A stretch of 64,000 bases of DNA from Lama guanicoe (Eukaryota): the NCBI GenBank assembly GCA_013239625.1, contig MU054212.1:4374270-4438269 (forward strand). The letters are read 5' to 3'. Each line of letters begins with the position of its first letter. Position 1 is the stretch's first letter. Position numbers and translations under genes: made by a program. Below, piece by piece: positions 52,063 to 64,000 of this stretch. Below the pieces are notes generated by a model. The model was not told the DNA's origin. It made no database searches and saw only the letters and a program-made list of their open reading frames with translations.

Positions 52063-54984
52063 TCCCCAACCCGAAATGTGAAGTCTAAGCCTGGATTTGT
52101 TAGCAGAGACTAGAGATGATGAGGGTCATTCAGTATGCATATAGACTTCTAAGTTCATTGTTTGACCAAGACTGGCAAGACTGGAGTGCCTAACAGCAAA
52201 TAGTTTAAATGTTCACTCAGAGTCTCAGGTCAACGCAAAGAGCTTAAAGCCAGGACTTAGAGAAAAGGCATGGCCCAGGTCTGAGTTAGTGAAGTAAGAC
52301 TGAGAGAATAAAATATGTAGGATTGTATGTCTGTGTGGTCAAAGAATGGAATATTAAAGAGTAAGACTCATTGATGAAGTAATTTTAATTAATCAAAAGT
52401 CTTCTTATCTTTGTAAGATGCTGTGAAGCTGACTCAATTGGAGTTTATAAGGGGTTTTGAAAACGCTTGAAAAAGGCTGTTGAAGAAGATTATTAGCAGT
52501 GTAAGCTTTGTGATGGCATTTATTAGTGCTCACATAATAATGATAATGTATCACTCAGCTCTTTGCCATAGTCCAAACTGCTCTGCAGAACATTGTTTTC
52601 TTCCTTTATTGTTCAAAAATAACTGAGATGAAAAGACAGGCACAGTGCCACCAGCATCAGTCACCTGTCATGAAAATCAACTACAATACATGAGGTAGTA
52701 ACCAAAGGCATGTTCTTAAAATAATAATTCTTATTGCCTATCTTTAGGGTGGGGAAACAACGCAAGAACAGCTCATATTTACAACAGTGACCTGAATGAG
52801 ATATTTAACAACCTGTAATATAAGTGCCAACTCACTTTCACACTATGCGTTATGAAGAAAACAAATGACTGCACAACGCACCACATAGTAACTGAAGTTT
52901 TTTTTTGCAGCATCAATCATTGTACAAGGCTTCAGGGAAAAAAAAAAAAACCTGTAGCAAAAACAGAAAGGCATCAGCTACAGAGGACAGTTGAAGGCAG
53001 TTGTGTGAGCTTGGTGGTAGAAAAGAACAACTGATGGATTAAAACAAAAAGGAAAATATTAGTGAAAAAGAATGATGTTACTGTGAGAATAAGATAGTCC
53101 TGGAAGAGAAATGGATGACTACGGACCAAGGTTTGTTGGGAAGACTTCACGTTGGAATTTTATTCATATGTCACCAAACAAAGAAAAACGGAAAACGCGT
53201 TTAGACACCCTGAGCTGAGGAGCTTGATGGGAGGGAATCATACATTGCAGGGATCTCAAGAATATATTTCAAGTGCAAAAGCCATGTATAGCTAAGAAGA
53301 CAGTCAAGATATCTCAGAATAGAACTGTGGAAGAAGTTCTATGTAATCAATTATATATAATTCTTCAATATCCAAAATTTTATCGTCAAAACTGAAGTAG
53401 ATGATTTAGACATGGTTCTGAGAAAAAGGAAAAAGAGATAGTATACAGTTAGAGGTGTAACAAGTACAGCCAGCACATTTCAGAAGATAATATATCCAAA
53501 AAAGTTTATACTAAAGAAAAGTTCGTGAAACACTGAGTGTTGGCCACGCCCACAGCTGAAAGAGGTTTTTTTCTAGTCAGTTTGTGACTCTGCTGCTCTG
53601 CCCCGTCTTCAAGAGGGTCAATGCTGAAGTCAGAAGTATTATCCCAAACATGTACATACACGGTGGCTTTTGAATTTATCTCAAGATAGCTTCCCAGTGA
53701 GGACATAACCATACTGAATGGTCTGATCCGTTTTCTCTCAAATAGTGTGACAGCAGGAAATAGAGAAACAGTAAAATAGACCTAGTAGTAGAAACAAAAT
53801 GTATAGCCATAGAGAGACATGAGAAGAAGAATTAGAAACACAGAGAGACACACAAAGATGGGCTGAGTCAAAAGAAAGCAGAGTCACTGGTATCAGAGGC
53901 CACCTACTTTTCCGGGGCACGTGCAGGCTCTGGGGGTGTATGGGTGGGTGTAAACAGGGGCTTCAGGACGTTATCGACCAAACTCTGTAACATGGGGTAA
54001 TCTGCAGCATCTTCAGTGTAACGCAATAGTATGGTTCATGTCGGAAGTCAAGTTCTTCATTGAACTCTTGAATTGCAAAGTACAAGATGTCCAAGAGTCA
54101 TGATGTTTGGATCTGATGCGAATTTTGGTTGCTCAGCTATTCCCTGCAGTGTGAAACTGACTGATTGCCTATTCATTTTGATGCAGTCCTTTCACATTAT
54201 TTTCCAAGAAAATCATCAAGACTTGAAAAAAATATAGTCATATAAAGTACATTTATATTAATAAAAATAAGTTAATTTTTAAAAACACTGAAGTGGTTAA
54301 ATATATTTCGATATAACCAGATGTTAATTTTTATTCATATACTAAATCAGATGTTTGAAGCATAAGCATTGAAAATGAAATCATGTTCACAATATAATAT
54401 TAGATGAAAAGCTGATTAAATTTTTATTATAAATTGATAAATATATATAAATTTGTAAATTAATATAGAAAAAAGTAAATTCATCAACATTGATATTGAT
54501 AGTGGCAAGTCCTAGGCTGGATAAGAGGCAGTTTTTCTTTCTTTCTATTTAATGTGTTGTCTTAACATCCTGTAATGTACAGAAGGTATTTGATTATTAT
54601 GACACACCAGAGTCACCTGAAACTGTAAATTAAAGCAAGAAAGGGAATGTCTTGCTTAAAGTAGACGTTTTTTAGTGCTTTTGTGATATACCTGCTCAAG
54701 TCCAAGAGGAATATTAATGCCTGTCTCTCCTCATCTTAGGATAATGTACCTCAAACTGAAGTACTGTTTTAGGACGTCCCCATGTCCCCAGTTCTGCTAG
54801 GTGACCAGTGGTCCATTGTATGTTCAGGGTAATCTAGGTTCTTTCTTACAGAAATCTTGAAATGCTGGCCAGGGATTTAACACGTAGGGTGTCAAAATAC
54901 TCTCGAGGCTTTAATTAAAGATCAGAATGCTGGGAGATGACACACACGTGAAACACTGTCTCCATCCACGTTAAGGGAGTAACA

Positions 54985-55715
54985 CTTTCTCCCAAGTCGC
55001 CATCCCCTCTCACCTGGGTACAGCGGTAACCTCACTGGCCTCCCTGCTTTACATCTGGCACCCTGGAGTCGGTCTCAGCATGACAGCCGGAGTGATTTTT
55101 TTCAATTATAAGGATTATTTCACTTCTCTACTCCAGATTCGGTAATGGCTTCCCATTTCATTAGAAATAAAAGCACGAATGCTGCCAAGAAGATTGTACA
55201 TGATCCTTCTTCTCTGCACCATCACCCACTCATCTTCTTTGCCCACAGCATTCTAACCACTCCAGGAGCCTCACTGTTTCTTAAACACACTCTGCAAACC
55301 CCCACATTAAGATCCCTGCCCCGGCTGCTCTCTGCTTGGAATTCTCTTGGGTCAGATATCTGCACGGTTGAGGCCCCATCTCCTCCAGTTTTATTTAAAT
55401 ACTATCTTTTCAATGAGCCCTTCAGTGAAAACCATCTTGTAAATTATAATCAGCACCTACCACACTTCAGTCACTTCTAATTCCCATTACCCTGACTCAC
55501 CTTTCCTTTTGCTATAGAATTTAGCACATTTGAATATTCATAGTAATTCATTTATTATGCATACTATTCATCTCTATCTACTAGAATATAAGCTCACAGA
55601 GGCAGTGATCTTCATGTGTTTTAATCACCAGTGTATCCCAAGTACCACAGTGTGAGCTTGGCATACAATAGGCGCTCAAGAAATATTTGATGAATGATAG
55701 AGTAAATGGATAAAT
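54985..55715 (+). mobile_element. L2 LINE 3' portion
   Basis: catccctctcacctggg...cctcactggcctccctgctt...cagccggagtgattttttt...aatggcttcccatttcattagaaataaaag...ctagaatataagctcacagaggcag...caataggcgctcaagaaatatttgatgaatga. Confidence 0.9.
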
Positions 55716-55899
55716 ACAGCTTTTCTTAATGCTCAAGTAAAATAAAAGGAAAATGTAACTTTATTAAAATAGAAACAAGCAGGCATGAGTTCCCCAACAA
55801 CATTTTTACAGCTTTTTAAACAAATGTGTCATCACTAGTATCCAAGGTTATCCTAGATAACCGGGAAGTTTCATTCCAGTTTTCCAAAAGCAGTAATCG

Positions 55900-56320
55900 G
55901 TATGACAGAATCAGACAGACAGCTCCAACATCTTGTGCTCCCCTTGGTTGTTCTAGAAGGAAACTGCCTGGCCAGGGGCTGCATTTCTCCACTGTGTTCT
56001 TTCCAGTGGGGTTTAAGTAAAAGTAGTACATATCACTTCCTAACTAAGGTGACGACATAGTGAGTGTGCTTATTTCTAAACCATCTCTTTACCAGTTTGT
56101 CAGCTGGGAATAGAGAACTCCAAGGCACAAGATAGAATGTCACAAGATGGAAAATCTTGGGTCCCTAGAAAACCTGGGTCCCTACATGGAGGAAAGACAT
56201 CTGTCAACCATTAACACCTACATTTGACTGTTAATATGAGGGAGGAATATACGTTTATTATATGAAGTTACTGAAATGTGTGGATTATTTGCTGTAGTAT
56301 GTGGCATGGCCTTCAATGCA
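55900..56320 (+). mobile_element. MaLR LTR (MLT1J-like)
   Basis: cacaagatggaaaatcttgggtccct...catggaggaaag...aatatgagggaggaatatacgtttattatatgaagttactgaaatgtgtggattatttgctgtag. Confidence 0.65.
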
Positions 56321-59300
56321 AAAAATAATTTAGTTCGGCTCTGAAGTTGGCCATCACACCCTTGCGTATGGTCACCACTACAGAATTCTTGATCTTGTAG
56401 AACTGTGCAGTTCAAATGCCCATTCAGGAAAACTTCATTTCCCAGAATGAACCATTGTTTCTTAATGCCATTTGAAGAGTCAAATGTTTGAGGAGCTGTT
56501 TAAAAGACTAGGACACTATATAGAAAGTCTGATTTTACAACCAAAATTCATTTGTAGTATAATTGTAAGAAAAATGTAATAGATGAACTAAATGAGGGGG
56601 GTAGAAGTCCTTTTAAAGACTTAAAACACATTTAGTTCACGTGGAGGTTTAGTAAAGGATTATGCAAAGAAGTTATGGTATGAAAGAGAAAGCTCTTGTT
56701 TGTGATTTTGAAGGCAGAATAGTTCCATGTCACTCACAGTATAAGAAAGTGATATATCATTAAAGATTGATGGCATCAAACAGTAAAAAAAAAATTGCAC
56801 TTCAGGAGTAAAGTGTACTTTCAACAGAGATGTTGTAATTTTTAAGGAAACTTCTTTTTATGATAAAGTAATGAAGATTGAAGTTAGTCTGGAATGGCAG
56901 AGGTCTGTCTTAGTGTTGGCTAGAAAAGAGACGTAGAGTTCAATGACTTATGTGGGTGGAAAAAGTAAAAGAAAGAAGGAATATACGTGTGTGAAAAGTT
57001 GCCTGTAAAACTGGAAGCCATGAAGTCCTTCACCATGTCTTCAATGTAGGGAATTCAAAATCAAGTTTTCCTGAGATAAAATATCCTCAGCTATATACTC
57101 CGGTTTTAATAAATACAATAAAATGTGTGTATCCTCATGGTATTTTTTTGCTTTAATTATTTGATTTTTTTCCCCAGTGTATTTTGATTTCTTTAACAAA
57201 TGGTACCTACTATGTCTGATTGTAATTAGATGCTTAGTTATGTCCCTTACACTGAACTGTGGCATCCTTCTGCAAATATAACATATACGTAGTATGCATT
57301 TTTAAATACAGTAATAAGAGAATGGGTGGATATGTGAAAGTTTGAGTGTCTCCAAGAACATGTGCAAAAAGATGTGATAGCAGATGACATTCTCAGATTG
57401 ATACAAACAGAATTTAGAAACTGTTTCTTCAGATTCTAATCTGGGTCCCTTCACTTTCTGAGTTTCAAAGTCTGGAAAGAAAGAATAAGAGCAACTGAAA
57501 GATACTGTCAATTGTCATAATTATTGATGAGTTGAACAACTCTTCCTAAAAATTCAGAATAAATTTGTATATTATATTTTTTCTACAAAGTGGAGTCCAT
57601 GCTATTTCCTTCCTGCCATAGTAAAAAGGAAATTCTGATGAGCACTTTCTTAATAAGGCTATCAACGTACAATCTAAATATCAAGACATGAGAATATCAC
57701 TGCTCCCTATCCTAGTTTAGAGTCAATTAAAAAGTTCTTCAATTTCTCAACAAAAAAATTTTTAAAAATTTGTCCTGTCTGCTGAAGCTAGGAAAATTGG
57801 CTTCACAGCTGGTTGACTGGTTCATTCAGCAAGAAATCGGTCAACTCTCAGAGACCTGAAAAAATGCATTTCACACAGTGCCAAGAATCGTAAAACTGCG
57901 GCACCAACTGGGAGTTAAAGAACTCAGGCAAATTAGACCCGGCTTGGAAAAATAAGAACAGATCAAATCTTCACTGAGCTTCTCAAGCTAAACTATGTCT
58001 AACACTTGGACCCATTTCACTGAATTTCCTATCATAAACTTAGTGTAATAAAACATTGTCTTAAAACTCTTCTCAGCAGTCATCTGTTCTTGATTTCCTT
58101 CCCATGGTTTGTAAAGCTAGCTCACCTTTTCAACATACACATCTCTCTCTCTCTTTTTTTTTTTAACCTTCAAGGGAAAGGAATGCTTAGTGTTTGTCTA
58201 GAATATTATGACTACAATGTAGGATGAGCCTCCTACAAGTTGGGCTGCAACATAAAATATCTCCTGTTCTGTCTTGCTGGAAAGTTGAGAGGAAGTTTGC
58301 CATCTATAGTGTTTAATGTACTTCCTGTAAATGTGTAGGAAATGCCTGTTTGAAGTTCTGAAGCAAACTACCTTGATGTTTACAGAGATGAGATGAGATA
58401 AACTACTTGATGAAAGAACAGATTCAAGAAAGGATCCTATGAGAGGAAGGCAGCCTGTTTATTTACATGAAGATCAAAGAAATTTCACATGAATTGAGAC
58501 AACTTGTATTTTTTTCCCGTGAGTGATTTGCAAAGAGTAATCTACGTGGCTGAAAGAGAAAAGTGGTAAGTCTTTAATGAACATATTTTGGTTTTGTGTA
58601 TTAAAAAATTAAATAGTAAGCAAACTAAAAGTAAAATTTGGGGGTTTTTTTCAAGAAATATTCTATATTTTCCATACTGATCAATATTAAACTATAATGA
58701 AATAAATTAAAATTATAGTTCATTGATATTGTGCTTGGTGAATTTTTAGAAATTATCTTTGACTGGGCTTATTCAAACACAAAGAAAGCTACACGTAACA
58801 AATGCTGTCAATGATTAAAGGCCTTTATAATCAAAGCCAGGAGAGTATTGTACAGATGCCAAGATAATTTAGTACAACCAACAGAATTCCTCTAAATACC
58901 CTACACTATAATGATTTGCTGTCTGATACAATATTCTTCTCTCTAGGAAAGAATGGTTGTCGCCTCCAAATGAGAAACTTTAAGAGTGATGTTTCATGTG
59001 AGGGAAAACCACACATTCTTAAGTTATTAGCTTTTCCCTTCTTTTATGTACTTTACCTCCTTTTCTTCGGTTACTAAGGTTGACTGAGCTTTAAAGAATA
59101 GGAGGGAAAGCAAAAATACAATCAACTTCAAAGATCACTTTGGCACAGCACAGCAAAATGCATCCAATTAAAACATTAAACAGTGTGCTAATAATTACGT
59201 TTCCTGTAGTGCCCTTTCATCAAGGATTTCAAAGTCAAATTTACAATTCCTCAATTATGCTTTGGACATCTCTAATTCCGAGTGCTGGCAAGTCTTTCTC

Positions 59301-59796
59301 CCTTCCCCCTTCCTAAGGTGTGCTTCTAACTGAGTTTGATGGACAATCATTTTGCTTCCAGATCTGCAAGATGTGGATTCTCCTTCAGCTTCTTTCGCTA
59401 GCCGAGTGCCTGATTCTGCATAATTCATAAGCAGAAGTTGGACAATTTAAAAATGTTAAAAATTTGAATTATAGGCTTTTAAAAATGAATGGTCTTTTAT
59501 GACTTTTCAGTCACAAGTGCTTAGCTTAAAGAGCACTACCAAAATTCTGCCTTCACAAGCAAAAGGTGATTAACAAGGAGTGTAAGTTAAGCATGCAAAT
59601 TAGTGCTTTTAAGGTTCTTAGAAACAATGGTCTCTCTAAATAGATTATCTGTTTAAATATGTGCTACTGCCCTCATAGTCCAAGCGTTTCTTTATTGAAC
59701 CCCCGCCCTTTTTTTAGCAGGTATATGAAGCTGAATTTGGCTTAAGCACTGTACATATTATCAAAATTCCAAATCAGTCATTTAATTGAATAATGT

Positions 59797-60258
59797 TGTT
59801 ACGGAAACGACAGGCCAGTCAAGAAACAAGCACCACTCGGAGGGCTGGAGTACTCAGATGTATTACGCCGGCGGGCTCAGAGGGGCTTCTGCTCCGAAGC
59901 TCTGAGCACCTCCAAGACGTGCGCATGAGGTTTTATAGGGTAAAGTACAATTGGGGTATTCGGCCAATAGGCATGGAACAGCTTTAGCAGCATTATCATC
60001 ACAAAAGTGGAGGCGGGGAGGCAGCAAACCAACATTCCAAAGCCAGATATGTATCTTTGAAAACCCAGCTGGCTCGCAAAAAACATGAACAGCAAACCAA
60101 CACTAATTAACCTAGATTTACAAGTTAGTCTAGCAGAACTCAGATCAGTATTCCAATACTTAGACTTATGAGTTATCTTGTTAGCACAGCCCAGCCTCTC
60201 CTTCACATTCCTAGACTTGTGAGTTATCCTGTTAGACCAGCCCGGTTTTTCCTTCACA
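59797..60258 (-). mobile_element. Young lineage-specific ERV solo LTR (462 bp) with perfect TSD
   Basis: TG...CA termini; ATGT at 59793-59796 and 60259-60262; many intact CpGs; TATAAAA on the minus strand (59937-59931); CCAAT-type boxes; ~50-bp U3 tandem repeats. Confidence 0.88.
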
Positions 60259-60959
60259 ATGTTACTGTCTTCTAAAATTACGCTGCCTGTGGCGTAATCC
60301 CTCAACAAGCCCTTTCTGGACTTCTGTAACTAGATTTTTTTTTTCGCTCTAAAGAGTAGTAACTATTAATATATTCATATTTTTTCTTCTTTCAAAACAA
60401 AAATACTTGTCTACTGGTTTAATTGTCATTTCATTTTTGAGGCTTGGTTTTTAACTGTTCTGATATTTTCTTTTTCTTGAAATTCCTTTACATGATTCAA
60501 ACATTTAAAAAGCTTGCCTTACATAAGTTAAAATTCTTTAGCACCACATTTTAAGAAACACTAAATGCTAAATACTAAATGCTTAGCTTAGCACTAAATG
60601 CTAAGGCCTAAATCATCTGGAGTCCAATTCCAAATCTGTCATTAACTCTCCACGTATCATTTAACATCTAGATAAATGCACTGGTGCTCAGTGCCTTCAT
60701 TTTTAAAACAAAGTGAATGACCTTAATATGTCTTTAAATATTAAAAACTATACAGTTCCAAGTTAAGCTTAACGTTAGGTGCCTTCAATTTCCTGATCCT
60801 TTATTAGCTGAAAGCAATAACCCAGTACATATTGACAGGCCTATTCTCTGCACGGTATTGTGTCAGTAGGACACGTGTTAATAGAAAGAAAAACAAGAAA
60901 CAATCCTTCCTTCAGTCATTCTTACAGCTGTACAGTTTTTACCTGTCCTTTTCCATATA

Positions 60960-61110
60960 TATTATCTTATGTGATGTTCCTAACAACTTATGAGATGGAA
61001 AGGAGAGCTATTATCAGCCCCATTTAGGAGATAAAGGCAAGTAGCTTCAAAAAGATCAAGGACTTCTTAGAAAATTCTACAGCTAGTGAGACAGGTAGAA
61101 CTAAAACTAT
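60960..61110 (-). mobile_element. MIR SINE
   Basis: cctaacaacttatgagat...ctattatcagccccatttaggagataaaggcaagtagcttcaaaaagatcaaggactt...acagctagtgag. Confidence 0.7.
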
Positions 61111-62149
61111 GCACGATGTTGTTATTACTATGTAGTGATTAGTGTGCACTGTTCTTGAATGACATTCTTTCGGCCTCTCTTCCTGAACCACATAATATTG
61201 TCCCACTGTGAAATAAGCATTACAATTTTGTATTTACTTCTAATGTATCTCAAAGGGAACCTTGTTTAATGATATAACATTTGTAAATCTCTTTGAATAA
61301 AGGAATCATTTAAATGCAAAGTACTCCTGAACGTTATCCCCTTTACTCTCCCACTGGGTACATAAAAATCAAATAGGGCTGACTGTGATCTTTTAGGAAT
61401 GTAAAAGTAGCATAAATTGACACTTTGCACCCCCCCACCCCCGCCCCGTGAAACTGTGCACCTGAGGCAGATTTCCAAGTGAGGCTATGATGCCCAGGCC
61501 ACGAGTCCTCCGCAGTGCGTAGCAGGGGGAATTGACACGCCGAAAACCTTTCCGAAACTTGCACTTAGTCTCAAATCAGCAGGTATTGGGAATTCGTTTT
61601 CACACAGCTTGAGCAAATGCATGGACAGAGCTCAGACTTGCACAGGTGGGGAAATCGTGGATCCCGGAATCAGCACAGACGCTGCATGACTGAGAATTCT
61701 GCACAGTTTAAACCAGCCCTGCTGCCGTTGGTCATCGTGTGCACCTCCTCTTCCTCTGTTCTTCCAGTTTTCCATTGCCACTTCCAACAACGGCCTTTAA
61801 CGTGTTGTTCAAAAAATCGGATATTGGTATCCTAATGGGTTTGCTGCTTGAGTTTCTTTACTTAATAAACTGAATTTCCCCAAGTCCTACTCTCATGGAA
61901 CCCTTTCTTGACTAGGATGTGTCCCTTCACTTATCCAATGTAACTCCGAAACTTCAGTGGAGGATATAAAGAGCTTCACAAGTGGGGCCTGACTTTCCTC
62001 TTTCATCCAGGCTGTTATTTTTGGTGCCTTTTTGCTTATTAATGTTTCTAAATGATTTCTCATGCTTCCCCCGTCTTTATCTCATCTTCGGCTCCATACC
62101 AAACCTGCAAACTCCTGCTTCAACACATTAGAGGATTACAGAGTCTTAA

Positions 62150-63450
62150 AAGCTTGATGTAAAATGTATGTACAGTGAGAGACACAGGTCTTAAATGAAA
62201 AGCTCAATGAGGTTTAATAACGGCGTGCATCCTGTGAACAACGCCCCCAACTAAGATCTAGAACGTTTCTACTGTTTGGAAAGTTCTCATCCAGCAGATC
62301 CTCACAACCCTATAAGTTACCAGTATTCAGATTTTTATTTCTATAGATATTTTTCACTTGGTCAGCAACTTCATGAAAATGAAATCATACCATATGGACC
62401 CTTCTGTGTCTGGCATCTTTGCCGTTCCATAGACATTCGAGATACCATTTATCAGGCCGAAGGAATTACCTTCTATTTTTGGTTTGTTAAGGGCTTTTAT
62501 CGTGATTGTCATTTAAATTTTGTCAAATGATTTTCCTGCCTCTATTGAGTTGATCACATGGTTACCCTCATTTTTCTGTCCAATGTTTTTTATCAATTTA
62601 AAAAAAATAATTAAATAAGGCCTGCATTTTCAGGATAAGCCGAACTTCATATTGCTGTATTATTCTTTTTATAGACACTTGAATCTGATTTTCTAAAGTG
62701 TCTTTAACTTTTTTGTATAAATATTTATAAGTGATCTATCATTTTTTTCTTATATTGTCTTTGGTTTGACATCATAGTGGTGCTAGCCTCATATCATCAG
62801 TTGGGAAGTGTTCCTTCCCTCTGCCTCCATTTACTGAAAGAGATTGTGTAAAATTGATATTATTTCTTCTTTGACTGTTTGACAGAGATCACAAGTGCTG
62901 TCCTATTGGCTTAGACTTTTCTTTGTGGGCAGGTTTTTAATTACCACTTCGTTTTCTTTAGTAAATAGAGGGTAATTTACTCTTATACTCTACTCTTTAA
63001 ATTTCTAGATTTTTAATTTACTCTTGAGTCAGTTCTGGTAACTTAATTTTTTAAAAAATTTGGGTTGCATCAAAGCTAGTTAATTTATTAGTGTAAAGTT
63101 CATCATCTTCCCTCATCTTTGTTTTGCTGTCTTTACAACCTGCAGCGATGCCCTCTCTTTCATTTTGATATTGGCGGTTTACTTTTCAGTTCTCTTTTAA
63201 TTGATCTGTCTAGCTAGAGGTTAATCAATTAGATTTTTTTCAAAACAAATTTTTGGTTTTTCTCATAGTTGTCCATTTTCTATTTCACCGATTTACACTG
63301 TTACTAATATTATTTAATTCCTACTTAAATTTGAATCTAATTTGCTCTTCTTTTTCTAGTTTCTTAATTGGAAGCTTAGCTCTTGGTTTTAAACCTTTCT
63401 TCTTATCTAATATAAGCACTTAAGGTATAATTTTTCCTCTAAAATTTGTT
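62150..63450 (-). mobile_element. Old L1 (L1M) 3'UTR plus ORF2 fragments, antisense
   Basis: aaatgaaatcataccatatgg...cttctgtgtctggcatcttt; tttgtcaaatgattttcctgcctctattgagttgatcacatgg; gtgctagcctcata...gttgggaagtgttcc; aatttgctcttctttttctagtttcttaattggaagcttag. Confidence 0.88.
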
Positions 63451-64000
63451 TCAACAAATGTACGTATATCCTTAAGAAGATGAGAAATGTTGAAAATGTG
63501 AACAGTGATAAGAGGAGTATAATTAATTCAACCTTTTGCTCCTGAGGACCAAAAAAGGAACGAACAAAAATATTAAGGAAAGAAGGAGAGGGAAAAAAAT
63601 TTAGGGAAGTTTATAGAGGCAGAGGAAGACATTTCTAACAGTTCTAAATGCCATGAAATGTCAAAGTAGATAAGAATTCACAAGTGACTATTTGTTTTGC
63701 CTTTTATAAAGTCACTAATGCAATACTATGTTTCGATAATTGTAGGTATTATGAAAGCATGGGGCTGGTTTAGAAGGGAAATTTGGAAGCAGTTTATCAG
63801 GGAACTGTGTGATTGCATCTATCCCTCCCTCCTAACCTTTTGCAGCAGAGAAGAAGACTTGACAGCTTTAACTGTATGGCTAAGCTAGAAAAAAATTTTT
63901 TTCACTTGTTTCGTGGTGACAGCACCTTCGAGATGCTGGCCAACTTACAAGGTGTTGTAGAAAGTCCTTTAGGCAGTCAAAAAAAAGTTGTCAGATCACC

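Noticed and set aside
52980..54280. Possible processed pseudogene or 3'UTR
   Set aside because: No recognisable translated homology, poly(A) tail or TSD that I could support.
57795..57860. Peptide ASQLVDWFIQQ reminiscent of a DEP-domain motif
   Set aside because: Very short, followed by a stop within ten codons, no flanking splice signals; chance similarity.
58380..58571. Possible plus-strand exon ending at GTG|GTAAGT (58566)
   Set aside because: Stops in all three frames just after the candidate acceptor; an isolated donor match is expected by chance.
59877..60308. 143-aa minus-strand ORF
   Set aside because: Lies almost entirely inside a solo LTR; its internal repeat (NRITHKS/NKITHKS) just mirrors the U3 tandem repeat.
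60555..60606. Short tandem ctaaatgct repeats
   Set aside because: Ordinary slippage repeat; no spacer structure, not CRISPR-like.

Overview
Placental-mammal genomic DNA, AT-rich and repeat-dense. It carries MIR, L2, MLT1, MER20/MER5A, MER4-group ERV1 LTRs and cetartiodactyl-like L1 3' ends. I saw no Alu, B1/B2, BovB/Bov-tA, PRE1 or CHR SINEs, so a camelid is my tentative guess. I cannot support any intact protein-coding exon; the supplied ORFs look like chance ORFs in repeats or low-complexity sequence. The one genic landmark is a CpG island (~8990-9470) with a strong minus-strand splice donor at 9168/9167. It is probably a non-coding first exon of an unidentified gene running leftward, which would make 1-9167 intronic and most of the rest upstream/intergenic. 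The most informative structure is a decayed, minimal minus-strand ERV1 provirus at 41131-43582: LTR, tRNA-Leu PBS, internally deleted env only (SU N-terminus, TM immunosuppressive-domain region, CX6CC), PPT, LTR, with no gag/pol. Its env is split by a later MER41-like solo LTR, and removing that LTR restores the reading frame. A 106-bp piece of the same MER41-like family sits about 1.6 kb away between exact 10-bp direct repeats. Other points: two solo LTRs with perfect 4-bp TSDs, a perfect 20-bp palindrome centred on a CArG box, CTCF-like motifs, and a 186-N gap inside a (CTTT)n tract. I found no convincing new biological system. Repeat family names come from recalled consensus similarity, and most boundaries are approximate.
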